Positions 20,692-30,412 of a stretch of 64,000 bases of DNA are shown in pieces. The DNA lies in NCBI GenBank assembly GCA_965205215.1, contig OZ242041.1, positions 1,344,001 to 1,408,000 of the forward strand. The letters are read 5' to 3'. Source of the DNA: Nitrosopumilus sp. Its GTDB lineage: Archaea; Thermoproteota; Nitrososphaeria; Nitrososphaerales; Nitrosopumilaceae. Each line of letters begins with the position of its first letter. The stretch's first letter is position 1. A program made the translations under genes and the position numbers. Under the pieces are notes generated by a model, which ran no database searches, had not been told where the DNA came from, and was given only the letters and a program-made list of their open reading frames with translations.

Positions 20692-21117
20692 ATGTTCAGA
20701 TACTTTACGATATCTGAGGCCAACGAGGCCCTTCCCGACGTCGCGCAAAAGTTCCGCGAGGTTGCTGAGAGAAGGGTTGCCATAAAAGGCATCGAGCGGA
20801 GGCTGCAGGAGACGCTTGCGCCTGGCGGGGGGCAGGATAACCCGGGCGGAGGAAACGTGCAGGCGTACATGGAGATAAAGCAGGAGCTCAACGCGGCCGT
20901 AACGAAACTGTATCGCTCGATCGAGGTGCTCGAGGCGACCGGCGTCTCGCTCAAGGGGATAGACGAGGGGATGGTCGACTTTCCCTCAAAGAGGTTCGAC
21001 GAGGACGTGTGGCTGTGCTGGAAGGCAGGCGAGCCTGAGATAAAGTTCTGGCATGATATGGACTCTGGGTTTATGGGGCGCAAGCCGATCGAGGTAAGCG
21101 ACGAATCTCTGGTCTGA
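20692..21117 (+). CDS. DUF2203 family protein
   Basis: FTISEANEALP and G.VDFP....VWLCWK.GE..I.FWH....GF.GR.PI. Confidence 0.85.
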   Translation: MFRYFTISEANEALPDVAQKFREVAERRVAIKGIERRLQETLAPGGGQDNPGGGNVQAYMEIKQELNAAVTKLYRSIEVLEATGVSLKGIDEGMVDFPSKRFDEDVWLCWKAGEPEIKFWHDMDSGFMGRKPIEVSDESLV

Positions 21118-21173
21118 TGTCTGCTTCAGCATACGCCATCTACATTCTTGAGGCGGACCTGGGCGCCGTTTGT

Positions 21174-21292
21174 ATGATGCTGACTATGATGATGATGAAG
21201 AAGAAGAAGATGACGATGAAGAAGAAGATGATGATGATAGTGACTGTGATGATGATGCCGATGATAACGACGACGGTAGCAGCAGCAGCAAC
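21174..21292. repeat. GAT/GAA/GAC trinucleotide microsatellite
   Basis: About 120 bp of gat/gaa/gac/agc triplets between convergent genes. Confidence 0.8.
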
Positions 21293-21306
21293 GGAGCATA
21301 CGGCAG

Positions 21307-21549
21307 TCACGCGCCGCCCGTTGCCCCATCTACGCCCCCTGTCTTCCTTCTGACCCTTCTGGCATCCCTGCAGATGCCGCAAAGGTACGTACTCTTGAGA
21401 CTCTCAAGCATGCGGCAAAACTCCTCGGTCTTGTCAAACCCCTCTGCGACCACGATGCCGCCGGGCACCCTCTTTGAGCAGGAGGTGCAGCGCATCTCGC
21501 ATTCCAGTCTGGTTCTTCTCTGCCCCTCTTCTATCCTGCCCAGTATCAT
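21307..21549 (-). CDS. Small zinc-binding hypothetical protein
   Basis: CTSC...CGIC pairs; AT-rich TATA-like tract upstream. Confidence 0.7.
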   Translation of the reverse strand: MILGRIEEGQRRTRLECEMRCTSCSKRVPGGIVVAEGFDKTEEFCRMLESLKSTYLCGICRDARRVRRKTGGVDGATGGA

Positions 21550-21615
21550 GCCTGCCGCGCCCCGGTCACGTCAGAGCCGTGTTAAATTAATAACAATTGC
21601 AGCTGCGTGACCGTA

Positions 21616-22533
21616 ATGGCAACGATGTCCGCGTGGCTGCGCGTCATACGCGTAAGGTTCCTCCTTGCATCGGTCATCTCGGTGTCCGTTGCATTCGCCC
21701 TGTCTGTCCGGCATGACGGAACACTCGACCCGTTTCACGCGGCGCTGACCCTGGGCGGGGTGCTCGCGCTGCATGCCAGCGTCGACCTGCTAAACGACTA
21801 CTGGGACTACAAGAGGGGAATCGACACTGCGGCGGGGCGCACGCGGATCAGTGGCGGGACGGGCGTGCTGCCCGAGGGGCTGTTGAACCCGCAGTCCGTA
21901 TACCGCGCCGGACTCCTCTTTCTGGCCCTCGGCGCCACCGCCGGCGCGTACTTTGTAATCACGCACGGAATCCCAATCGCGCTGATGCTGGGGTTTGCGG
22001 TCGCGGCCATCTACTTTTACTCCACCAAGATAGTGAACGTGGGACTCGGCGAGTTTTTTGTGGCCGTGAAGGGGTGCATGATCGTGCTCGGCTCGTTCTA
22101 CATACAGCACGGCTCACTTGAGCCTGACGCCGTCCTTGCAGGGGTGGCAGTGGGCTCCCTGTCCTCGCTTGTGCTGTTCGTGGCGTCGTTTCCGGACTTT
22201 GAGGCAGACAAGGCCGGGGGGCGCAGGACGCTTGTAATAGCGGCCGGAAAGAGAAGGGCGTCGGTCATTTTCTGGCTCTTTCCCGCCGTGACGTATGGCG
22301 CAATCGTTGCGGGGGCGGGGGCGGGCGTGCTCCCGTACGCGGCGCTGATCACGCTTGCGACTATTCCCGTCGTCGCGTCCGCCGGCATGGGGCTTGCCAA
22401 ACACTGCATGTCTGCAACTGACCAGCTGTTGCCACACCTGTCGCGGGCTCTCGTGTTTGGCCGCATAACGGGGGCCCTGCTTACGGCCGGGATAGCGGTC
22501 TCGTCGTTCTGTCCGGAATGGTGGTGGTGCTAG
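21616..22533 (+). CDS. menA: UbiA/MenA-type prenyltransferase (DHNA polyprenyltransferase-like)
   Basis: NDYWDYKRGID, D.EAD..GGRRTL, multiple TM helices. Confidence 0.8.
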   Translation: MATMSAWLRVIRVRFLLASVISVSVAFALSVRHDGTLDPFHAALTLGGVLALHASVDLLNDYWDYKRGIDTAAGRTRISGGTGVLPEGLLNPQSVYRAGLLFLALGATAGAYFVITHGIPIALMLGFAVAAIYFYSTKIVNVGLGEFFVAVKGCMIVLGSFYIQHGSLEPDAVLAGVAVGSLSSLVLFVASFPDFEADKAGGRRTLVIAAGKRRASVIFWLFPAVTYGAIVAGAGAGVLPYAALITLATIPVVASAGMGLAKHCMSATDQLLPHLSRALVFGRITGALLTAGIAVSSFCPEWWWC

Positions 22534-22616
22534 GCCGCGTCGCGCGGCAGGCGCCCCGTCCGCACCGGCGCCCGCCACTGCCATAGCAATAAATTGGCAC
22601 GGCGGGCACGGGCCGC

Positions 22617-23735
22617 ATGATACGGGGATCTGCCACGCCCGAGGGGACCGCCGCGTTTGCCGAAAAATCCGACGCCCATGCCGGCAACTACAGGAAGTTT
22701 GCGGGACTGACGCTCTCAAACGTGGGGGTCGGCACGTATCTGGGGGACGCGGACGGCCGCACAGACGCCCTCGTGTCCGATGCCGTGGTGCGGTCCGTGC
22801 GCGCCGGCATCAACGTGATTGACACGGCGATAAACTACAGGGGGCAAAAGGCCGAGCGCTCCGTGGGCAAGGCGGTCGCGGAGATCATAGACCGGGACAT
22901 TGCGTCCAGGGACCAGCTGTTCATATGCACGAAGGGAGGCTACGTCACGAACGACGCGGACGTGGGGCTCGGGTTCTGGGAGTATGTAAAGCAAGAGTAC
23001 ACGGACGCGGGAGTCGTGAGCGCCGGGGACATAACGCCCTCGTACCACTGCATGACGCCCTCGTACCTGTCCGACCAGATCGACCGCAGCCTGCGCAACA
23101 TGGGGCTGGAGTGCATCGATCTGGTATACCTGCACAATGCGGCCGAGGGACAGATGGGCAACGTCGCCCGGGAGAAGTTCCTCGACTCCATGCGGGACGC
23201 GATGGCAATGTACGAGAAACGGCGTGCAGAGGGCGCGATCAGATACTATGGAATGGCCACGTGGGAGTGCTTTAGGGTTGACGACGAGAGCCCACTGTAT
23301 CTGTCACTTGAGGATATGTGCAGCATGGCCGAGGAGGTCGGTGGGAAGGACCACGGCTTTAGGTTCGTCCAGATGCCGTTCAACCTGTATTATGACCAGG
23401 CGCTGCTAAAAAAGAACCAGGCTGTCGGGGGGGAAGCAGAAGGGGAAAGGCGGCGCCTCTCGGCCCTTGACGCCGCGTCTGAGCTGGGCATAGGCGTGTT
23501 TACCAGCGTGCCGTTCATGCAGGGGCGGCTGCTGCAGCCTGGCACGATGCCTGACTTTCTTGACCTGGACCCCTCCCTGCGCGCCCTGCAGTTCATACGA
23601 TCCGCACCCGGGGTACTGGCCCCCCTGGTGGGGCAAAAGACGCCCGAGCACGTGCAGGACAACACCCGCATCATGAAGATCGAGCCCCTCGCGCAGCAGG
23701 AGTTCTCCAAACTCGTCTCAAATCTCACATCCTAG
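22617..23735 (+). CDS. Aldo/keto reductase
   Basis: GVGTY, IDTAINY, TKGG, IDLVYLHN, VQMPFN. Confidence 0.92.
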   Translation: MIRGSATPEGTAAFAEKSDAHAGNYRKFAGLTLSNVGVGTYLGDADGRTDALVSDAVVRSVRAGINVIDTAINYRGQKAERSVGKAVAEIIDRDIASRDQLFICTKGGYVTNDADVGLGFWEYVKQEYTDAGVVSAGDITPSYHCMTPSYLSDQIDRSLRNMGLECIDLVYLHNAAEGQMGNVAREKFLDSMRDAMAMYEKRRAEGAIRYYGMATWECFRVDDESPLYLSLEDMCSMAEEVGGKDHGFRFVQMPFNLYYDQALLKKNQAVGGEAEGERRRLSALDAASELGIGVFTSVPFMQGRLLQPGTMPDFLDLDPSLRALQFIRSAPGVLAPLVGQKTPEHVQDNTRIMKIEPLAQQEFSKLVSNLTS

Positions 23736-23821
23736 ACGCAGCCGGCCGTCCTGCAAAACCTGCAGCGTGAATCGCGCAAACCGGCGCGCTCTGCTGTAAA
23801 AAGAGGCTTTATTGCTAATTC

Positions 23822-25222
23822 ATGACCTACCATGTAGAGACGCGCACCAGGACCGCGCACCACTCTGGATATATGCTGCCCGTACGTGATATAATCATGC
23901 ATGCATACCGCAAGTACCGCGTCCTCGTCAATCTGACAGCAGACCAGAAGTTAGAGATACGGAGGCTCGGGGACGGCCAGCGCGCCGCATACAACTGGGC
24001 CGTCTCTGAAATCAAAAACGGCTGGGACGCTCGAAATGAGTACGGCCTGTACAACGAACTCACCAAGCAGAGGGCCGGACACGATCACCTGCGCGCAGTA
24101 CCGGTCGCCGTGCAGCGTGCCGGCATTCAGGACGCGTTCAAGGCGGCCAAGCTTTCGGCGCAGTACGGACGCGGCGGCCTGAAATACCGTGCCAGAAAGA
24201 GGTCGCGCAATGGCGCCCTGAAGTGCTCCCTGCCGCCCAAGGTTGTGGATTCCCACCTTTTGAAACTGCCCGTGTTCGGTACGGTCAGGGCCAAGATCCC
24301 CTGCGAGATCCCGGAGCACGAGCCCAAGTCATACGAGTTTGCCATGACTCGAAGCGGACGGTACGTGCTGTACGTATCGTGTTTAGTTACACTGCTGCCG
24401 CCCAAGGGCCCCGGCGTGACCGTCAAGGGTATAGACAGGGGCACCGTGGAACCCACGGTCGCGGTCACGCTATCCCCTGACGGCAGTCGCCCCCTTGCTT
24501 CCGATTCGTATGACACCGCGTCCGCGTTCAGACAAAACCGCCGGTGGAACTCCCAAATGCAGCGCAAGGCGTCCAAAATGAACAAGCGGAGCAACAGGTA
24601 CAAAGAGCATCTCAGGAGAATGAACGCCAGGATGCGCAAGGTGCTTGACAGGAGGACGTATGCAGAATGTATCGCAGCCAAGGAGATCTGCACCACATCC
24701 AGACCGCACACCATTGTCATGGAGAATTTGAAGGTGTCAGGAATGACCCGCCATGGGGGTTCACACAAGAGGGGAATGAACCGCGAGATGCGGTTTGTCA
24801 GGCACCACGCAATCGAGCAGCGCATCAAAAACAGGGCCGAAATCGAAGGCATCCAACTATTGCATGTCAATCCAAGATACACGTCGCAGACGTGCTCCAG
24901 ATGCGGCCACGCAGACAAAGATTCGCGCATTACCAGGGACATGTTCAAGTGTGTCAAGTGCAGTTATACTCAACAGGCGGACGTAAACGCCGCAATCAAC
25001 GTCGGAAGGGGCGGACTGCCCTCATTTGACCATGCGATAGCAGTCCCTCCGGAGGCAGGAACAGCCTTCGTCAGACGCGAACTGGATGCACACTGCGGGA
25101 AATTTTTGCCGCAGGCCCGTATGGGACGCGAGAACCAAGTGTTGGTGCATTCCCTTCCTCCGAGCAGGATGGAGAAACAACGTCAAAAATTGCGTGGCCG
25201 ACAGGTCATAAATTGGCAATAG
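23822..25222 (+). mobile_element. tnpB: IS200/IS605-family TnpB RNA-guided endonuclease gene (no tnpA); start may be at the downstream MHAYRKY
   Basis: HTH-like N-terminus (R..YNWA), RuvC-I GIDRG, RuvC-II VMENL, YTSQTCSRC...CVKC zinc finger, RuvC-III ADVNAAIN. Confidence 0.92.
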
Positions 25223-25230
25223 TTCCTAAA
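25000..25230 (+). ncRNA. Putative TnpB omegaRNA/reRNA (boundaries approximate)
   Basis: Follows RuvC-III; stems ggactgc(25013-25019)/gcagtcc(25040-25046), ctgcgg(25093-25098)/ccgcag(25109-25114), atgcac/gtgcat; position is the known one for TnpB guides. Confidence 0.5.
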
Positions 25231-25260
25231 AAGATAATAGAGGGAGCTTGGGGTTTCGGC

Positions 25261-25635
25261 ATGATGGACTCCCCTGACAAGATTTACGACTATCCTGGAA
25301 TATGCGCCTCCGTCATGGAGGTCGACCCGAAGATACGGTTTGTCGGGGTGATCAACGATCGCGGCCGGCTGGTTGCCGGCGGCATGCGCGAGAACGTGGA
25401 GCCCCTTGAGAGCGAGACGGACGACGAGATGATGTTCATGGAGCTTGCGCTGCGCGTAAAGATGCGCCGCGAGTTCGACGCCCAGCTCGGGGAGGTGCGG
25501 TTTGCGCTCGCGCTGCGTGAAAAGGCGCTTGCCATCAGCACGCACCTTGGCAAGGATATCCTGTATGTCGTGGCCGAGCCCGACGCTGACTATGGCGCGC
25601 TCCCAAAAAAGATTCTGGACATCGCGGATGCGTAG
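25261..25635 (+). CDS. Thaumarchaeal roadblock-like (DUF6659-type) protein
   Basis: IRFVGVINDRGRLVAGG, MELALRVKMRREFDAQLG. Confidence 0.75.
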   Translation: MMDSPDKIYDYPGICASVMEVDPKIRFVGVINDRGRLVAGGMRENVEPLESETDDEMMFMELALRVKMRREFDAQLGEVRFALALREKALAISTHLGKDILYVVAEPDADYGALPKKILDIADA

Positions 25636-25774
25636 CCGGCCCGCATTGGCGCCCGCCGCGTTTGTCGTTTGGGGGGCTGTCTGATGCCGCCACAACCCCC
25701 GCCCCTGCTATTGGAAGGCGTGCAGGTCCGCACTGCAATCATACTATAAATAGAAAGATGCCCCACGCGATATC

Positions 25775-25921
25775 GTGCCTGTAGACCCTGTGTGCGGGAT
25801 AGAGCTTGACGAGGATCTTGCACTCCCGCATGAATACAAGGGCTCGACGTTTTACTTTTGCTGCAACGGGTGCCGCATGATATTTGCAAAAAAGCCCCGC
25901 AAATATAGGAAGAACGCCTAG
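25775..25921 (+). CDS. YHS/TRASH-type metal-binding microprotein (48 aa)
   Basis: MPVDPVCGIELDEDLALPHEYKGSTFYFCCNGCRMIFAKKPRKYRKNA; TATAAATA at about 25745. Confidence 0.85.
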   Translation: MPVDPVCGIELDEDLALPHEYKGSTFYFCCNGCRMIFAKKPRKYRKNA

Positions 25922-27006
25922 ATCGGAAACGCGGCGCACATCCTGCAGAACCTGGCGCCGCGTGCGATCGCGCACCTGCAGTAGGGGCATGTCTTCCCGG
26001 GCTGGTCTGCGTCGCCGTCGTCTTTCGACCCTGCCCCTGCCTCGGCCGCTTGGAACTCCGCCGGCACCCCAAACTCCCTCCTGAATATTTCGTAATAGTG
26101 CATTGACTCTTGGCTCCTGATTGTAACGCCATCCTCCATTTTTGCGGCAAGCACCTTTCTGACGTACGACTCCTCGTCGATGCGCATCATGGACTCGAAC
26201 AGTCCCGTCAGCCCCGCCGTACCCGCGCCGTCCTGCATTGCGGACTTTGGCCTCCACGCTATCCCGGCCGGTAGGACGTCCTCAAACGCCCTTCTGAGTA
26301 TCCACTTGCCGTGACGCACGGCGCCGCGCCCTCCTTCGCCCTCGGGCGCCTGGGCCGTGCCCCTCGGGTGGTCGCGCCTGACCTTGAGTGAGGCCTCCAT
26401 GTCCCGCGCGAGCTGCACCACCTCGCCGTCTAAAAACGGGTATACGGCGGTTATGCCAAGCGACCTGCATATGTCGTGGGAGGGAAAGTGCATGGTATCG
26501 CGGATCCTCTCAAGCTCACCTGTAAGCCTGTCCTCTGGCATCTCTGTCAGGAACCTGTAGCCTGCAAACAGCTCGTCTGCGCCGTCCCCGGTGGCAATGG
26601 AGCGGTACCCGTTCTCGGCCGCCCACCTTGCGGCCAGATACATGACCACGCTGTTTCTGATCTCTATGTCGTTGAAGTTCCTGAGAATCTTGACGGTGCT
26701 GGTTATGCCGTCTAGTATCTCGTCTGTTCCCACGTTGACCATCTCAAGCGGCACGTCAAGCTCCCTTGAGGCCATCTGGCAGTATGCCAAGTCCGTCGAG
26801 ACAAAGTCTCTTGCGATTATCGCAACCCCCCTGGGGCTTCCGGCCTGCCTTGCGTGCCACGCTATTATGCTCGAATCGAGGCCTCCTGATAGCGCCACCA
26901 GGCTGATCTCGTGCCTGTCGCATGCGGACTTGAGGGCGGCCCTGACCTTGGCCACTGCGTCCCCTACCTTGCCGTCTGCCTGCAGCATGTCCGGTGTTGT
27001 TTTCAT
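25918..27006 (-). CDS. Asparagine-synthase-related PP-loop ATPase (no glutaminase domain) with C-terminal zinc ribbon
   Basis: LSGGLDSS, TGDGADELFAGY, PFLD, KWILR, RPK..MQ.G; CPYC..CRMC. Confidence 0.85.
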   Translation of the reverse strand: MKTTPDMLQADGKVGDAVAKVRAALKSACDRHEISLVALSGGLDSSIIAWHARQAGSPRGVAIIARDFVSTDLAYCQMASRELDVPLEMVNVGTDEILDGITSTVKILRNFNDIEIRNSVVMYLAARWAAENGYRSIATGDGADELFAGYRFLTEMPEDRLTGELERIRDTMHFPSHDICRSLGITAVYPFLDGEVVQLARDMEASLKVRRDHPRGTAQAPEGEGGRGAVRHGKWILRRAFEDVLPAGIAWRPKSAMQDGAGTAGLTGLFESMMRIDEESYVRKVLAAKMEDGVTIRSQESMHYYEIFRREFGVPAEFQAAEAGAGSKDDGDADQPGKTCPYCRCAIARGARFCRMCAAFPI

Positions 27007-27125
27007 CTGGTTAAGTAGATAACTTGCGCGGACCGCCGCGCTTTAGGCCGGAGGCCGCGGGCGCCGGTTCCGCGGGGGCGCGATTTCTTGCAAACTATAA
27101 ATGTCTAGAAGCGGGAAACTTTTTC

Positions 27126-27539
27126 ATGTTACTTCCGGCCGAGATAGAATCCAAGACACTGATACCTGCGCTGCGCGCAATCATTGCAAAAAAGCTGGCC
27201 GAGGATCATGACATACGCGAGGACGAGATATCAAAAATGCTCGGCGTCACGCAGGCCGCAATCAGCAACTACATCCGGGGCACGCGCGGCGACCCCGTCC
27301 TGATAGGCAAGCTGCTCTCGCAGGACAAGGTGGCCGCAATGATTGACGATCTGTGTGACAACCTGGCCTCTGACATGGCGTACACGCCGCTGAGCCTCTC
27401 AAAGTTCATCGGCCTGTGCAACTACATCAAGTCGAGCCTCCTGATCTGCGAGATTCACCACAACCTGGAGTCTGACATCGATGAGGAAGTCTGCAAGGAG
27501 TGCGAGAGCATGCTCCTAAAGGGCCCTGGCGGGTTTTAG
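27126..27539 (+). CDS. HTH transcriptional regulator
   Basis: PAEIE...PALRA, ISKMLGVTQAAISNY..G.RG, C-terminal CEIH..CKEC. Confidence 0.85.
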   Translation: MLLPAEIESKTLIPALRAIIAKKLAEDHDIREDEISKMLGVTQAAISNYIRGTRGDPVLIGKLLSQDKVAAMIDDLCDNLASDMAYTPLSLSKFIGLCNYIKSSLLICEIHHNLESDIDEEVCKECESMLLKGPGGF

Positions 27540-27748
27540 GCTATCCCTGCTTGTCTTGAAGTCTGCCGCTTCTGCCGCTAATAGCTGCTGCCGCCGTCAT
27601 TACCGCTGGCGCCGTTTCTAGTGGCGGCGGCGGCAATGCCAGCGCCGTTGTTGGTTGTCATGATATTCCATTGCCCCGTCGCCACTGCAGGTGTCCTGCC
27701 TGAGGCCCGATTGCAGCTCTTTTGGCATCGGCCGCTGATACAGCGGCA

Positions 27749-28105
27749 TCAGTTCAGCTGGAGCCTGTCGATGTGTATCTCTATTGTGGATGTCATGCTG
27801 CCTATGCCGGGGGCCGCGTCGGTGTCAAGCAGTATCTGCCTTACGCGGGACCTGCTCTTTAGTACCTCGCGCGTCACTATGTTTGCCACCGTCACGGCAG
27901 TCGGTATTGATCTCCCTTTTGAGCGGAGCGTTACGTTGCCCTTTTTTGACAGGGCTTGGACTGCCTCCATTGCATAGTTGTCTATGGGGTTGCTGCCTAT
28001 GTAGATGATGCCGTCCTCATTGCTGTCCACGTCGTAGGCGCCGCCCCTGTCGTCTCCGGTCCCGCCGGCCATGCTCGGGCTTGTGCGCTCACTGTCTCCT
28101 TCCAT
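27749..28105 (-). CDS. Alba-family DNA/RNA-binding protein
   Basis: IYIGSNP..NY, V.LRSKGRSI.TAV.VA, STIEI. Confidence 0.85.
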   Translation of the reverse strand: MEGDSERTSPSMAGGTGDDRGGAYDVDSNEDGIIYIGSNPIDNYAMEAVQALSKKGNVTLRSKGRSIPTAVTVANIVTREVLKSRSRVRQILLDTDAAPGIGSMTSTIEIHIDRLQLN

Positions 28106-28167
28106 CACGGTAACATTCCGGATTCGACTTGTAATTCTATTAAGTTTTATCGACCATTGGTTCATGG

Positions 28168-28218
28168 AGTGCGTACGTGCGTGTATGCGTGCGTACGTGC
28201 GTGTATGCGTGTGTGTGT
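28168..28218. repeat. Alternating purine/pyrimidine simple repeat
   Basis: gtgcgtacgtgcgtgtatgc twice then gtgtgtgtg. Confidence 0.7.
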
Positions 28219-28255
28219 GAACTGCGGATTTCTGGCACGGGCGGCCCGCTATTGG

Positions 28256-28918
28256 CTATTTCTCAAAGTAGCTTATCGGTATGTTCTGGTGATCTCCGTT
28301 TGGGAGGACGCGCCTGATTGTGATGGGAATCACTCTCTGCTCGAGCTCCTCCATTGATATGTCAAGGGACGTCCTTGCAGTCTTTGGGATTGGTATGAAC
28401 GGCGGGGCTCCCTGTGACAGCTGCAGCGCCCTTGCCCCCATGATGCGTGCCTTTTCAAACCTGGTCAGTGTGGGCGGGCCCACCGTAACCTTCTGGTTCT
28501 CGCACAGTATCTCCACGGGCTCGTGATCCGCTACCTTTTCTACCACGTCCCTGTCCCTCATCTCGTCAAGCTTTCTCTCAAGCGACTCTCTCTCCTCCTC
28601 GGTCAGGGGCGTGTCGCCGTCCTTTTTCTCGATCAGCTTGCGGTACGATTCCAAGGCTCTGTTAAGGCCTATGTTCTCGTCGGGTTCCGGTTCTGCCGGC
28701 GGGGCCACTGGCGCGGACGCATCGTCGTCGTCTGCCCCCGCCGCCGGAATCCCTGCGGCACCTTCTTCCTTTGTCCCTGCCTCCGAGGGCGCGTCTGTAG
28801 CCGCCTCCGTCGTCATTGTCGAGGATGCCTCTTCCTCCCCCTTCTTGTAGCGGCCACCTGCGTCTGCAGAATTGGCATTCGGAGAGCCGATCATCTCGCT
28901 CTCATTGACTTCGGACAA
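28256..28918 (-). CDS. rpoK: RNA polymerase subunit K/Rpo6 with long acidic N-terminal extension
   Basis: LTRFEKARIMGARALQLSQGAP, IPITIRRVLPNG. Confidence 0.92.
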   Translation of the reverse strand: MSEVNESEMIGSPNANSADAGGRYKKGEEEASSTMTTEAATDAPSEAGTKEEGAAGIPAAGADDDDASAPVAPPAEPEPDENIGLNRALESYRKLIEKKDGDTPLTEEERESLERKLDEMRDRDVVEKVADHEPVEILCENQKVTVGPPTLTRFEKARIMGARALQLSQGAPPFIPIPKTARTSLDISMEELEQRVIPITIRRVLPNGDHQNIPISYFEK

Positions 28919-28971
28919 GCAGACGATCGCCTCTTAAAACGTTATATAATCTATTCAATGGCGTCACCGGG

Positions 28972-29373
28972 TTGAGCGGGACGCCGTCCGTATCGCGCAG
29001 GGGGCTGGTACTTGAGATTGGAACAGGCCACAGGCTTGGATGCGACCTGCGCCGGCACCTGTCTCCGCGGACGGTCAGGTTGATAACCGGGTCCCTGCCG
29101 CTTAGTGGAAATGCGCACAGGATGGGCAAGAGCATAATATACATCGAGACCGCGATAGACTCGGGGCTTGAGAGGGAACGCTCGGAGTTCAAAAAGGGAG
29201 ACGTGGCGTTCCTGCCATCAACAGGCAGCGTGTGCTTTTTTCTAAACGATGTGGCGTCTGCAAACAAGATGACTCCGATAGGCCGGCTCGTCGGTGACGT
29301 CCGGCTGCTTGAGGGTGCGGGGCCGAGCACGCCGCTCTCGATACGCGACGCTGCCGCAGGCGGCGCCTCCTAG
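28972..29373 (+). CDS. Cyclophilin-like fold protein
   Basis: L.RHLSPRTV, GDVAFLPSTGSVCFF, MTPIG. Confidence 0.7.
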   Translation: MSGTPSVSRRGLVLEIGTGHRLGCDLRRHLSPRTVRLITGSLPLSGNAHRMGKSIIYIETAIDSGLERERSEFKKGDVAFLPSTGSVCFFLNDVASANKMTPIGRLVGDVRLLEGAGPSTPLSIRDAAAGGAS

Positions 29374-29624
29374 CAGGAGGCCGGCGCATTTCTGGTCCGG
29401 CTGCCTGCACGAGTCCGCCCTCTTTCCTGTCCGTGGTACGGCTTTTGCGCAAAAGGCCGGTCCTGCCACCGCTGCCGTAAAACACTCGATGCCGGCCACC
29501 GGCGCGAACGCGCGTGCAAGCGCGGCAGCTTGGCGGCGCATGAATAGGTGACTGCTTGCATGCCGATCCCCCCGCATGATCCTCGTATTCGGGACTGTCA
29601 GGCCGCCGCCAGCATCACAATGTG

Positions 29625-29963
29625 TTATGCCGCACTGCCGTTCTTGCCTGAGGCTGCCGCGCCCTGGTACAGGTAGTGGCCGGAGTGGCCCCCGATCACG
29701 TTGACGTCTCCGCTTGAGACCGTCTCCTTGAGGAACCTGTTTGCGGCAGATATCTTTACGCCCAGCTGCCTTGCAAGCTCCTGGGCCGTTATCACCTTGG
29801 CTCCCCTTACTATCTTCAGGGCCTGTTCGCCGTCGACCCTGACTATTATCTCCGCCCTCTTTGGGCCCGATTCTCCTGCCTTGTCCTTCTTTCCCTTTTT
29901 GGAGTCCTTGGATCCTGACGACCTGTCCTTGTTGGCCGCGGTGGGCTTTTTTGCTCCTCCCAT
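29625..29963 (-). CDS. rps25e: 30S ribosomal protein S25e
   Basis: Lys-rich N-terminus, KVITAQELARQLGVKISAANRFL winged helix. Confidence 0.8.
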   Translation of the reverse strand: MGGAKKPTAANKDRSSGSKDSKKGKKDKAGESGPKRAEIIVRVDGEQALKIVRGAKVITAQELARQLGVKISAANRFLKETVSSGDVNVIGGHSGHYLYQGAAASGKNGSAA

Positions 29964-30102
29964 GGTGCAGAGCCGGCGGCGCTCTCCTTATAAACCAACA
30001 AGACGGCGCGGCCAGCTGCCGGGGCCTGTACGCACGGCTGCGTGCGCGTAGGGGGTTGACCCTGCACACATCATTAAATACGGCGCGTGCACACGGCCGT
30101 GC

Positions 30103-30315
30103 ATGGGCGTTGTGTCGAAGGGTGCCAAATGCAACGTGGACGGTTGCGACAACGGCGGGGCCCGTTCTCTCAACACTGTGAAGGTGGAGGGGGCGGGACT
30201 TCGCGTAAGCGGTGTTGGAAAGAAGTCCGTCCTCTGCAAGGAACACTACAAGGAGTGGAAGAAAGAGTCAAAGGATGACCGCGATCTGGAACGCGCCAGG
30301 TACGACCGGTTCTGA
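30103..30315 (+). CDS. Small conserved zinc-binding protein
   Basis: CNVDGC...LCKEHYKEWKK; TATA-like attaaata upstream. Confidence 0.75.
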   Translation: MGVVSKGAKCNVDGCDNGGARSLNTVKVEGAGLRVSGVGKKSVLCKEHYKEWKKESKDDRDLERARYDRF

Positions 30316-30412
30316 TCCTGCTGCATGCGCGTGCCTGTTGTGATGGTAGTCTGCGGCGCGCTGCGCGGCGCACCGCATGTCTGCCGCGCGCGGCGACAAC
30401 TGCCTGCTAATG

